Assembly (NCBI GenBank): GCA_965215765.1
Contig: OZ244118.1
Span: forward strand, 2,415,801 to 2,479,800
DNA: 64,000 nt
Reading direction: 5' to 3'
DNA from: an uncultured candidatus Porisulfidus sp.
GTDB lineage: Bacteria > Pseudomonadota > Gammaproteobacteria > Poriferisulfidales > Oxydemutatoraceae
Position numbers and translations under genes: made by a program. The notes under the pieces are model-generated. The model saw only the letters and a program-made list of their open reading frames with translations, was not told where the DNA came from and ran no database searches. Shown one piece after another: positions 1 through 8,930 of the stretch. How positions within the stretch are numbered: the stretch's first letter is position 1; each line of letters opens with the position of its first letter.

Positions 1-905
1 CTGCCCGGGCAACACCGTGGTCGGCGGCCAGCTTAAACCCTGATTGTCCTACTCTCCGGGTCAGGAAACGGCGGTCTGAGCGGGAATCCTGACTTGGGCA
101 CACGCTTCGCGCGCGTGTACGGCAGCAACAGCTATAGCAATTTCTGCAATTGTTCTTGCAGTTCTTCTTTGTGAAGGGTTCCCTAACCCTGATTGTCCCA
201 CTCTCCGAGTCAGGAAACTGCGGTCAGAGCGGAAATAGTCGGGAAACTGAAAAATGCCGCCATTGAAGCCGACTTCAACTGCCCGGGAAACACCGTGATC
301 GGCGGCCAGCTTAAACCCTGATTGTCCCACTCCCCGGGTCAGGAAACGGCGGTCTGAGCAGGAATTCTGACTTGGGCACACGCTTCGCGCGCGTGTACGG
401 CAGCAACAGCTATAGCAATTTCTGCAATTGTTCTTGCAGTTCTTCTTTGTGAAGGGTTCCCTAACCCTGATTGTCCCACTCTCCGGGTCAGGAAACGGCG
501 GTCTGAGCGGGAATCCTGACTTGGGCACACGCTTCGCGCGCGTGTACGGCAGCAACAGCTATAGCAACTTCTGCAATTGTTCTTGCAGTTCTTCTTTGTG
601 AAGGGTTCCCTAACCCTGATTGTCCCACTCTCCGGGTCAGGAAACGGCGGTCTGAGCGGGAATCCTGACTTGGGCACACGCTTCGCGCGCGTGTACGGCA
701 GCAACAGCTATAGCAACTTCTGCAATTGTTCTTGCAGTTCTTCTTTGTGAAGGGTTCCCTAACCCTGATTGTCCCACTCTCCGGGTCAGGAAGTAGCGAC
801 CGGAACAGGAATTCTGACTTGGCACACGCTTCGCGTGCGCGTACGGCAGCAACAGCTATAGCAACTTCTGCAATTGTTCTTGCAGTTCTTCTTTGTGAAG
901 GGTTC
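1..905. repeat. Tandem array, 149-bp unit (full copies starting at 38, 316, 465, 614, 763, plus a 129-bp variant unit at 187-315 whose end matches window bases 1-37). The array runs off the window start. Each full unit carries the last ~52 bp (14 codons plus stop) of the adjacent thioredoxin-like gene.
   Basis: Direct reading: 'ccctgattgtcccactctccgggtcaggaaacggcggtctgagcgggaatcctgacttgggcacacgcttcgcgcgcgtgtacggcagcaacagctatagcaa(c/t)ttctgcaattgttcttgcagttcttctttgtgaagggttccctaa' recurs with period 149. The terminal 'ctatagcaacttctgcaattgttcttgcagttcttctttgtgaagggttccc' is the reverse complement of the codons for ...KGTLHKEELQEQLQKLL* of ORF 856..1440. Confidence 0.9.
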
Positions 906-1440
906 CCTTTTTAATGAAGCGCACAACCTTGTCACGATCAATCAAGGCACTGAATGGCAGCCCGCCTGAGTCGTTGCCGAGTTCTTTGCCTAGTGCAATG
1001 GCGTCACTGAACCCGATGAGCTGGAGATATTTCACCTGCGGCAGGCTGTCAAGGAAGGCTTGGGCTGGTTCAAGTTCATCTATAGCAATTCCCACTACTT
1101 CAAAGCCCTGCTCGTGATACTGGTCACGGAAATCACTGAACACCGGAATCTCACGCAAACACGGGGGGCACCAGGAAGCCCAAAAGTTCAATAAAACCAC
1201 TTTCCCCTCCCAACTTTTGCTGGACACAGTCTCACCGCTGAGGTTTTTCATGGCAAATTCAGGAACTGTTTTGCCAAAATCCACATCTACAACCTGCGTG
1301 TTCGGTTCTTTGTGCTTCCCCTCCGGCAAATCGTACAGCGTTACCCCGGCAATGGTCGCCACGATGGCCAACAGAAGCAAATGAGGAATGAATCTCATTT
1401 TTCCAGGTTCCTTTTCGCTAAACATCTTTTCGTTGGGCAT
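856..1440 (-). CDS. Periplasmic thiol:disulfide oxidoreductase, TlpA/DsbE-like thioredoxin fold (WCPPC active site). Likely true start at the 3rd Met (coordinate 1398, MRFIPHLLLL...), which gives an N-terminal signal/anchor.
   Basis: 194-aa ORF with 'NFWASWCPPCLREIP' thioredoxin CxxC motif and a hydrophobic N-terminus. It lies immediately downstream of dsbD on the same strand. Confidence 0.8.
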   Translation of the reverse strand: MPNEKMFSEKEPGKMRFIPHLLLLAIVATIAGVTLYDLPEGKHKEPNTQVVDVDFGKTVPEFAMKNLSGETVSSKSWEGKVVLLNFWASWCPPCLREIPVFSDFRDQYHEQGFEVVGIAIDELEPAQAFLDSLPQVKYLQLIGFSDAIALGKELGNDSGGLPFSALIDRDKVVRFIKKGTLHKEELQEQLQKLL

Positions 1441-3229
1441 CTAACACAGCCTTGATATGTGAAATAAATTTTGTGGCACCGAGAAAACCCACCAAGCGAT
1501 AGTTTTTCAACTCCCGGCCTTCGGTGTCAAAGAACAAGATCGCAGGTGGACCAAAAAGGTTGAATTTCTTCAATAAATCCTGGTCTTCCTGATTGTTTTC
1601 AGTGACATCCGCTTTGTACAAAACCAGGCTTGACAATGCTTCCTGAACCTGTGGATCGGAGAAAGTAAACGCCTCCATTTCTTTGCAGCTCACACACCAG
1701 TCTGCATAAAAATCCAGCATCAGCACTTGATTGGACTGCCCGGCCTCCTGAACGCGCGCTGCCAGAGCAGTCGTGGATTCTACAGTCTGGAAATCCAGCT
1801 TGTCTTGTTGCTGAAAGGACTGTGAAACCACCAGCGGTCTGAGCAGACTATGTCCGCCCGTCGCGGCTCCGGCAACCAGCAAAGTTCCATAAAGCAACAG
1901 GAGCAGCGAGATGCCGCGACCGAAGCTCAGCCAGCCTTGCGAAGGGGACGTAGCCTTTAAAACCCCATGGACGTAGGTTCCTGCAAAGATCAACAGGCAG
2001 CCGGTGAAAAACAATATCAGGAATGCGGGCAGAACTCTGTCAAGTAACCACAAGGCCACTCCCAGCATCAAGAAACCGAAGCTGGCGCGAGCCATGTCCA
2101 TGAGTGGGCCGGGCTTTGGCAGGAAAGAGCCCAGAGAGGTACCGAACACCAACAGGGGTATGCCCATTCCCATCCCAAGGCTGAAAAGCGCGATGGCTCC
2201 AGTCAGCGCGTCACCGGTTCGGGCAATAAACAGGAGTGCGCCAACCAAGGGTGCGGTGATGCAAGGCCCAACGATCAGTGCCGAGAGCCCCCCCATTACC
2301 GCCGCTCCAGGCAGACTGCCATTCTTGTTTTGACCCGCCAGCAAAGCAAAGCGGGTTTGCAGGCGGGCAGGCATCTGAAGTTCAAACAGACCAAACATCG
2401 ACAGTGCCAGAATGACGAATACCGCAGCGAAACTGAAGATCACCGCAGGCTTCTGGGACCAGATTTGAAAATTCTCGCCCCCCAGCCCGACGATCATTCC
2501 AAAAATGCTGTACACCACGGCCATTGCCAAAACGTAGCTCAGCGAAAGACTGAAAGCCCTTTTTGTGGTTTTGCGTTCGCCGCTCGTGATGATGCCACTC
2601 AGAATGGGCACCATGGGTAAGACACATGGCGTAAAAGCCAGCAATACTCCAAAACCGATGAACGCCAGAACAGTCAACAGGATGCTTTGGCTGACAAGCA
2701 AGTCGGCAACCCGACTTTGTTCCGACTGCGTGGATGACGGTACCGCAGGTGTTTTGTCGGTTCCAGCGGCCAAAGTAAAAAGCTTGTTAATGGGGGGATA
2801 GCAAATTCCCGCGTCAGCACATCCCTGGTAACTAACGGTGATCTCGGCAGTTTTGGCACTGGGGTTTTGCACCTCAAAAGGCACGAGGAGTTCACCTCTG
2901 AAAACGTTCACTTGGCCGAAATACTCATCGGTCAGTGTCTTCCCGGGCGGCAAGCCCATGGTGACCTCGCCCTGCTCGGAAACAATGCTGGTTTTATGGC
3001 GATACAGGTAGTAGCCCTCAGCGATCAGCCAGTCTGCAACAGTCCCCTGCGAGCTTTCCACGATACGCAAAACGAAGGCTTCATCAGGTGGCAGAAATTC
3101 ACTTTGCCCGTCATCCAGACCTTTCAGTTTCTCTAACAGAGAAGTCTCGGCACTGCTGAAGCCGGCAAAGCAGAACAAAAAAGCCAAAGCTGCCGCAACT
3201 TTTTTCACTGTGTCTCGTCCTCTACCCAT
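1418..3229 (-). CDS. dsbD: Thiol:disulfide interchange protein DsbD (N-terminal DsbD-alpha domain, CcdA-like membrane core, C-terminal thioredoxin domain)
   Basis: 603 aa. Signal peptide present. 'CADAGICYPP' alpha-domain Cys pair, 'TPCVLPMVPILSGII' and 'VGPCITAPLVGAL' membrane Cys motifs, C-terminal 'YADWCVSCKEME' thioredoxin CxxC. The cutA-dsbD linkage is classical. Confidence 0.92.
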   Translation of the reverse strand: MGRGRDTVKKVAAALAFLFCFAGFSSAETSLLEKLKGLDDGQSEFLPPDEAFVLRIVESSQGTVADWLIAEGYYLYRHKTSIVSEQGEVTMGLPPGKTLTDEYFGQVNVFRGELLVPFEVQNPSAKTAEITVSYQGCADAGICYPPINKLFTLAAGTDKTPAVPSSTQSEQSRVADLLVSQSILLTVLAFIGFGVLLAFTPCVLPMVPILSGIITSGERKTTKRAFSLSLSYVLAMAVVYSIFGMIVGLGGENFQIWSQKPAVIFSFAAVFVILALSMFGLFELQMPARLQTRFALLAGQNKNGSLPGAAVMGGLSALIVGPCITAPLVGALLFIARTGDALTGAIALFSLGMGMGIPLLVFGTSLGSFLPKPGPLMDMARASFGFLMLGVALWLLDRVLPAFLILFFTGCLLIFAGTYVHGVLKATSPSQGWLSFGRGISLLLLLYGTLLVAGAATGGHSLLRPLVVSQSFQQQDKLDFQTVESTTALAARVQEAGQSNQVLMLDFYADWCVSCKEMEAFTFSDPQVQEALSSLVLYKADVTENNQEDQDLLKKFNLFGPPAILFFDTEGRELKNYRLVGFLGATKFISHIKAVLDAQRKDV

Positions 3230-3531
3230 TCCTGGTACGCCCTTTCAGCCTGTACTTCTGAAAATATAATTTCCGGTAGATCGTATGGATGTCGCTTCTT
3301 GAGCAACTCCACAGTTCGCTGACAACTCTCAGAGGTGGTTTTGACACTGAGAACATACTCATGCTCCTGCTTCAATTCATTTTTCCATTGGTAAAAAGAC
3401 AGCACCCGCCCGGAAATCTGCGCGCATGCTGCAGCGTGTTTCTCCACCAGGAAAGCCGCAACCGACTCCGCATCCTCGCGTTTTGCGAAAGTGGATTTAA
3501 TGACGACCAGTCCCTTACTCATTACCATCTC
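3205..3531 (-). CDS. cutA: Divalent-cation tolerance protein CutA (108 aa). The long ORF-track N-terminal extension is rejected.
   Basis: C-terminal 108 aa 'MVMSKGLVVIKSTFAKREDAESVAAFLVEKHAAACAQISGRVLSFYQWKNELKQEHEYVLSVKTTSESCQRTVELLKKRHPYDLPEIIFSEVQAERAYQEWV' matches the CutA1 family. ATG at 3529-3531 on the minus strand. Position upstream of dsbD is canonical. Confidence 0.85.
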   Translation of the reverse strand, partial: EMVMSKGLVVIKSTFAKREDAESVAAFLVEKHAAACAQISGRVLSFYQWKNELKQEHEYVLSVKTTSESCQRTVELLKKRHPYDLPEIIFSEVQAERAYQEWVEDETQ

Positions 3532-3887
3532 TTGGTCTGAATTGGATTGTACACAACAATTGCCACCCAAACCCTTGCGACCTCTCATGCGAGCCGCCTG
3601 ACAGCCACTTTTCGCGCTCGCATCTCCTGACCCCGAACCCCCTCCCCTGATCCTGAAGAAAGCTTGTGGCACAAAAGAAGCCAGAAACCATTGACTGCTC
3701 CGCGTGAAAATGAGGCTCTGCCCCGCTGCCCAACTCTTCGACCCTGTGAAATGGAAGCAAATCCTGAATAATACCCTCGCTTTTCTCTGTCTCAAGTGAC
3801 GATTTCTGTCCAGTTTTGACAGAGAGCCGCCGGTGATTTTGTCAAAACAAGCCAAGCGCGCGCCACACTCTTCCCAATAAGACCGAC

Positions 3888-3918
3888 TTGCCACATAAGC
3901 CCTTGCCTTTGCTACAAT
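3888..3918 (+). promoter_or_regulatory. Candidate sigma70-type promoter for fxsA: TTGCCA-(19 nt)-TACAAT
   Basis: Hexamers read directly at 3888-3893 and 3913-3918, about 25 nt upstream of a GAGGG RBS and the GTG start at 3943. The spacer is longer than optimal. Confidence 0.3.
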
Positions 3919-3942
3919 GCCCAAAGTTAGAGGGAATGGATT

Positions 3943-4377
3943 GTGACTTTTCTGTTAATGATGGTGGTTCTGCCGCTTGTTGAGATTTATCTCTTCATCA
4001 TAGTCGGCGGCGCAATCGGTGCACTGACCACGGTACTGTGGTGCGTATTCAGTGCTTTCGCAGGTTTTTACGCCTTGCGTCATCACGGGCGGCAATCTGT
4101 CGCTCGCTATCGTGCCTCTATTGCTGAAGGAAGTAGCCCCACATACGATATTTTAAGCAGCATGCTGATTCATGTGGGCGGTGTGCTTTTGCTGGTTCCG
4201 GGGTTCATGACCGACGCTGCCGGCCTTTTATGCTTGCTCCGACTGAGCAGGGAGTTTATCATCCGGCTCGCTGTGAAGCGTGCTTCCGTTTCTGTAAACG
4301 GTTTTGGCTTTGGGGTTTCTCGCAAAAAAAGCAGGCGCAAAGAATTTCTCGAGGGAGAATACCGGCGGCGCGATTAA
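3943..4377 (+). CDS. fxsA: FxsA family cytoplasmic membrane protein (GTG start)
   Basis: 144 aa with two N-terminal TM helices, the conserved 'LLLVPGFMTDAAGLLCLL' FxsA motif, and a basic/acidic tail 'FLEGEYRRRD'. Confidence 0.8.
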   Translation: MTFLLMMVVLPLVEIYLFIIVGGAIGALTTVLWCVFSAFAGFYALRHHGRQSVARYRASIAEGSSPTYDILSSMLIHVGGVLLLVPGFMTDAAGLLCLLRLSREFIIRLAVKRASVSVNGFGFGVSRKKSRRKEFLEGEYRRRD

Positions 4378-4424
4378 GCACAGTTTCCCGATTCAACTCC
4401 GGGGCTTTGGGAATTTAAATTTAA

Positions 4425-5558
4425 TTGAGATCAGTGATGAGAATAGGCATCTCCAATGAAGCGCATGGTGATGAGCGACGTGTTGCGCTTGTACCGAGTA
4501 TCGTAGAAAAATTAAAGAAGGCAAAAGCGGAAGTTTTTGTCCCCGCTGGTGCAGGAGAAGCAGCACACTACCGTGACGACGCATACCTGAAGGCCGGTGC
4601 GACCGTTGTCGAAAAGACAGAAGAACTGGATGTTTTGTTTCGCATTTGCCCGCTTGCGGCAACAGAAGTTTCAGAACTGAAAAAGGGCAGCACCCTGATT
4701 GGCTTTTTGAACCCCATGGGGGATCGGGAAGTCATAGAGGCACTGTGCGAACGAGACATTAACAGCTTCTCTTTTGAATTGATGCCGCGCTCCACGAGAG
4801 CACAGTCCATGGATGCCTTGTCATCCCAGCGCTCAATAGCTGGTTACCGGGCGGTTCTGGAGGGAGCGAACTTACTCAGCAAGTTTTTGCCAATGCTGAC
4901 CACGCCAGCCGGGACTGTAAGACCGGCTCTGGTTTTGATCATCGGTGTGGGTGTTGCCGGCTTGCAAGCCATCGCAACGGCCAGACGCCTCGGAGCCATA
5001 GTAGAGGCTCAGGACGTACGCCCCGAGTCCCGGGAACAGGTTGAATCCCTGGGCGCAAAATTTATTTCCCCTGGATTGGAAGCGGGTGGCAGCGGCGGAT
5101 ACGCGCGGGAACTCACAGCTGAAGAAAAAGCAAAGCAGGGAGAGCTCCTTGCCAAGCATATTGCCAAAGCAGATATCGTGATTACGACCGCGGCGATTCC
5201 CAATCGCGTATCGCCAGTCATCGTGCGGGCTTCCGTAGTGGAAATGATGCGTGCAGGCTCGGTAATCGTCGACGGGGCGGCTGAAGGCGGCGGCAACTGT
5301 GAACTCAGCCAGCCTGGAAAAACCATCAGCCACAACGACGTGACCATTCACGCACCATTGAATCTGCCATCCCGAACCGCCACGCACGCGAGTGACATGC
5401 TGGCAAGGAATTTTTATAACCTGGCGCAATTGTTTATCGCTGAAGGTGAAATATCTTTTGACTGGGAAGACGACATTCTGGCCGGTTCCTGCATAACGCG
5501 TGACGGCAAAGTCTTGAATCCGCAGGTTCGCGAGTTCATGGAGGGAGAAAGCAAATGA
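4425..5558 (+). CDS. pntAA: NAD(P) transhydrogenase subunit alpha part 1 (dI, NAD(H)-binding; alanine dehydrogenase/PNT-like)
   Basis: 377 aa. Rossmann motif 'LIIGVGVAGLQAIATARRLGA'. ATGA overlap with the next gene. Split three-gene pnt organisation. Confidence 0.9.
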   Translation: MRSVMRIGISNEAHGDERRVALVPSIVEKLKKAKAEVFVPAGAGEAAHYRDDAYLKAGATVVEKTEELDVLFRICPLAATEVSELKKGSTLIGFLNPMGDREVIEALCERDINSFSFELMPRSTRAQSMDALSSQRSIAGYRAVLEGANLLSKFLPMLTTPAGTVRPALVLIIGVGVAGLQAIATARRLGAIVEAQDVRPESREQVESLGAKFISPGLEAGGSGGYARELTAEEKAKQGELLAKHIAKADIVITTAAIPNRVSPVIVRASVVEMMRAGSVIVDGAAEGGGNCELSQPGKTISHNDVTIHAPLNLPSRTATHASDMLARNFYNLAQLFIAEGEISFDWEDDILAGSCITRDGKVLNPQVREFMEGESK

Positions 5559-5872
5559 TTGAAGACTGGGCTGCCATACAGGGTCTTGCCGCATTGTATA
5601 TTTTTCTTTTGGCGGCCTTTACTGGTTACGAAGTCATAAACCGGGTTCCGGCGATTCTGCATACGCCGTTGATGTCCGGTTCGAATTTTGTCCACGGCAT
5701 CGTTCTGGTGGGAGCCATGGTTGCTTTGGGGCAGGCTGATTCAGATAGCACAGGTCAGCTTGTGATTGGATTTCTGGGTGTGGTTCTGGCGGCAGGAAAC
5801 GCAGTCGGCGGATACGTTGTCACCGAAAGGATGTTGCAAATGTTCAGTCGAACCAAAGCAAAAAAGCGATAA
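5555..5872 (+). CDS. pntAB: NAD(P) transhydrogenase subunit alpha part 2 (membrane dII segment)
   Basis: 105-aa hydrophobic protein between pntAA and pntB. Start overlaps the pntAA stop. Confidence 0.85.
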   Translation: MIEDWAAIQGLAALYIFLLAAFTGYEVINRVPAILHTPLMSGSNFVHGIVLVGAMVALGQADSDSTGQLVIGFLGVVLAAGNAVGGYVVTERMLQMFSRTKAKKR

Positions 5873-5902
5873 CGCAAACATCAAATTTAAGGAAATAATT
5901 TC

Positions 5903-7306
5903 GTGGATATAGTCGTTCAAGCTGTTTATTTTGTAACAGCCATTCTTTTTATTTACGGCCTGCGCCAGATGAGTTCGCCGGTGACCGCCAGGCGCGGCAT
6001 CATTTGGGCAGGAGCGGGCATGGTTGGTGCGGTGCTGATCACTTTCTTTTGGTCAGGGCTGGGTAATTTCATTCTGATAATAAGCGCCATACTGCTTGGT
6101 GGCGTACTTGCATGGATGTCTGGCAAACGCGTGCAAATGACTGATATGCCGCAAATGGTGGCATTGTACAACGGCATGGGTGGCGGTGCCGCAGCCTGTA
6201 TCGCAGCCCTTGAGTTGATGAAGGATGGATCGCTGATGTCATCGGCTGGTGCTGGCCATGGCTCGGGAGTTCTGACCTTGGCTCTGCTGGGCGGGCTCAT
6301 TGGAACAGTTTCTTTTTCCGGCTCCCTGATTGCCTTTGGGAAATTACAGGGTCTGATCAATAAAAGCTTTTCTTTTACGGGTCAGCACTACCTCAATTTC
6401 GCGTTGCTGGCCGGCTTGTTTATCGTTGGTTCCTACCTGGGCTTCGCGGATGCACCACACGGGTTCTTTATTTTCCTGTTCTTCATGGGCGCACTCGTGC
6501 TTGGTGTCACCATGACCATGCCGATCGGCGGTGCTGACATGCCCGTGGTGATCTCTCTTTACAATGCCTTGACCGGGTTGGCAGTCGCTTTTGAAGGCTT
6601 CGTGATAGACAACGCAGCGATGATCGTGGCCGGAACTGTTGTCGGTTCAGCAGGAACCTTGTTGACCCAATTGATGGCGAAAGCAATGAACCGCTCACTG
6701 GCAAATGTCTTGTTTTCCGGCTTCGGCACTACGGTTCAAGACGACGGCGATGAAGTTGATGGCGTCATGAGAGCCTTGGAGCCGAACGACGCTGCTGCCG
6801 CGATGGCCTATGCAAACCAGGTCATTATCGTGCCCGGCTACGGGATGGCAGTAGCGCAGGCGCAGCATAAAATTTGGGAATTTTCCCAACTGCTTGAAGA
6901 GGCAGGCGTGGCGGTCAAGTTCGCCGTCCATCCAGTGGCAGGGCGAATGCCGGGACACATGAATGTACTCTTGGCCGAAGCCGGTGTGCCATACGACAAG
7001 ATCTTTGAACTGGAAGAGATCAACGCCGAATTTCCGCAAACAGACGTGGCTTTGGTTATCGGTGCCAACGACGTCGTAAATCCGGACGCCAGAAGCAAAA
7101 AGTCCAGCCCTATTTACGGCATGCCAATTCTGGACACCGATAAAGCAGGCACCTGTATTGTCATCAAGCGTGGCCAGGGAACTGGATTTTCGGGGATTCA
7201 GAACCGCCTGTTCAGCCTGGAGAACACGCGCATGCTCTATGGCGACGGAAAGAAAGTTGCCAATGACTTGATTGCGCAGATCAAACAATTGCAGCTGACT
7301 GACTGA
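5903..7306 (+). CDS. pntB: NAD(P) transhydrogenase subunit beta (dII membrane domain plus dIII NADP(H)-binding domain), GTG start
   Basis: 467 aa. N-terminal multi-TM region and C-terminal soluble domain 'VIIVPGYGMAVAQAQHKI...GANDVVNP' typical of PntB. Confidence 0.9.
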   Translation: MDIVVQAVYFVTAILFIYGLRQMSSPVTARRGIIWAGAGMVGAVLITFFWSGLGNFILIISAILLGGVLAWMSGKRVQMTDMPQMVALYNGMGGGAAACIAALELMKDGSLMSSAGAGHGSGVLTLALLGGLIGTVSFSGSLIAFGKLQGLINKSFSFTGQHYLNFALLAGLFIVGSYLGFADAPHGFFIFLFFMGALVLGVTMTMPIGGADMPVVISLYNALTGLAVAFEGFVIDNAAMIVAGTVVGSAGTLLTQLMAKAMNRSLANVLFSGFGTTVQDDGDEVDGVMRALEPNDAAAAMAYANQVIIVPGYGMAVAQAQHKIWEFSQLLEEAGVAVKFAVHPVAGRMPGHMNVLLAEAGVPYDKIFELEEINAEFPQTDVALVIGANDVVNPDARSKKSSPIYGMPILDTDKAGTCIVIKRGQGTGFSGIQNRLFSLENTRMLYGDGKKVANDLIAQIKQLQLTD

Positions 7307-7340
7307 ACTGACCGATACTCCCGACTAAAAGCCAGTCTCT

Positions 7341-7877
7341 ATGAAACTCCTTCTCCTTGACCGTGACGGGGTCATCAACGAAGACGTTGGATATGTGAAA
7401 TCGGCATCTGAATGGCATGCACTACCTGGCAGTCTTGAAGCGATAGCACGCCTTAGCCAGAACGGCTGGTTTGTAACATTGGTATCCAACCAATCTGCCT
7501 TGGGCAGGAAAATCCTTTCTTTGGACAATCTGGCAGAAATCCAGGGAAAATTGCAAGCAGAGTCAGCTGCAACGGGAGCAGCCATAGCCGGACTGTCCTT
7601 TTGTCCCCACCTGCCAGACGCCGGTTGCGAGTGCCGCAAACCAGCCCCCGGGATGCTTCTGAACATTGCCAAAAGGCTGGATGTCAACCTGGCAGAAGTC
7701 CCATTCATTGGTGACAAGCTAAGCGACATACTTGCTGCCAAAGCTGCAGGGGCGCGCCCTATGCTGGTTTTGACAGGGCAGGGAAAGGAGGATGTAAAGA
7801 ACCCCGGCTTCCCAAGTGATGTCCCTGTTTACCAGGATTTGGCAGAAGCCACGGACCAACTGTTATCCGCTCACTAG
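7341..7877 (+). CDS. gmhB: D-glycero-beta-D-manno-heptose-1,7-bisphosphate 7-phosphatase (HAD-IIIA, histidinol-phosphatase-like)
   Basis: 178 aa. 'LLLDRDGVIN' HAD motif I, 'CxHxxxxxCxCRKP' Zn-binding motif ('CPHLPDAGCECRKPAPGM'), 'IGDKLSDILAAKAAGA' motif III. Confidence 0.85.
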   Translation: MKLLLLDRDGVINEDVGYVKSASEWHALPGSLEAIARLSQNGWFVTLVSNQSALGRKILSLDNLAEIQGKLQAESAATGAAIAGLSFCPHLPDAGCECRKPAPGMLLNIAKRLDVNLAEVPFIGDKLSDILAAKAAGARPMLVLTGQGKEDVKNPGFPSDVPVYQDLAEATDQLLSAH

Positions 7878-8930
7878 ACCCGTTTCCAGGATCCAAAAAC
7901 GTAGCCTGGCTCAGCAATTGCGTGCTGCGCGCTGTACCCGAAGACGCGTATCAAGCTATGTGTTTTTTGCGGGTACCCTGGCCGGACGAAATCTGGCAGA
8001 AATCCAGGGAAAATTGCAAGCAGAGTCAGCCGCAACGGGAGCAGCCATAGCCGGACTGTCCTTTTGTCCCCACCTGCCAGACGCCGGTTGCGAGTGCCGC
8101 AAACCAGCCCCCGGGATGCTTCTGAACATTGCCAAAAGGCTGGATATCGACCTGGCAGAAGTCCCATTCATTGGTGACAAGCTAAGCGACATACTTGCTG
8201 CCAAAGCTGCAGGGGCGCGCCCTATGCTGGTTTTGACAGGACAGGGAAAGGAGGATGTAAAGAACCCCGGCTTCCCAAGTGATGTCCCTGTTTACCAGGA
8301 TTTGGCAGAAGCCGCGGACCAACTGTTATCCGCTCACTAGACCCGTTTCCAGGATCCAAAAAACGTAGCCTGGCTCAGCAATTGCGTGCTGCGCGCTGTA
8401 CCCGAAGACGCGTATCAAGCTATGTGTTTTTTGCGGGTACCCTGGCCGGACGAAATCTGGCAGAAATCCAGGGAAAACTGCAAGCAGAGTCAGCCGCAAC
8501 GGGAGCAGCCATAGCCGGACTGTCCTTTTGCCCTCACCTTCCAGACGCCGGTTGCGAGTGCCGCAAACCAGCCCCCGGGATGCTTCTGAACATTGCCAAA
8601 AGGCTGGATATTGACCTGGCAGAAGTCCCATTCATTGGTGACAAGCTAAGCGACATACTTGCTGCCAAAGCTGCAGGGGCGCGCCCCATGCTGGTTTTGA
8701 CAGGACAGGGAAAGGAGAATGTAAAGAACCCCGGCTTCCCAAGTGATGTCCCTGTTTACCAGGATTTGGCAGAAGCCGCAGTCCAACTGTTATCCGCTCA
8801 CTAGACCCGTTTCCAGGATCCAAAAAACGTAGCCTGGCTCAGCAATTGCGTATCGCATGCTGTACCCGGAAACGCATATCAAGCTATGCGTTTTTGCGGG
8901 TACCCTGGTCGGAAGAAATCTGACAGGCGG
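7531..8930 (+). repeat. Tandem triplication, about 462-bp unit (copies 7531-7993, 7994-8454, 8455-8915, then about 15 bp of a fourth). Each copy carries the 3' 115 codons of gmhB plus about 120 bp of downstream sequence.
   Basis: Near-identical blocks read directly. ORFs 7816..8340 and 8382..8804 are read-through frames that re-enter the duplicated GmhB C-terminal frame ('...AEIQGKLQAESAATGAAIAGLSFCPHLPDAGCECRKP...LLSAH'). Confidence 0.9.
8870..8895 (+). terminator. Candidate intrinsic terminator: 9-bp stem aaacgcata / tatgcgttt, 6-nt loop, followed by a T-run
   Basis: Read directly in the last (most distal) repeat copy. The corresponding hairpin is imperfect in copies 1-3. Confidence 0.35.

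Noticed and set aside
61-852. Minus-strand ORFs 61..555, 339..704, 488..679 and 637..852, and plus-strand ORF 726..914, inside the 149-bp array
   Set aside because: They are periodic translations of the tandem repeat (identical peptides repeated). No independent coding evidence.
3205-3924. 239-aa ORF-track call overlapping cutA
   Set aside because: Only the C-terminal 108 aa match CutA. The N-terminal 131 aa are an upstream read-through with no homology and would overlap the cutA/fxsA divergent promoter region.
4393-5594. Minus-strand ORFs 4393..4662, 4568..4810, 4872..5594 and 5009..5347 overlapping pntAA
   Set aside because: They are antisense to a strongly supported conserved gene, with no homology.
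7816-8804. ORFs 7816..8340 and 8382..8804 as independent genes
   Set aside because: They are duplicated 3' fragments of gmhB lacking the catalytic N-terminus. They are reported as part of the repeat feature, not as genes.
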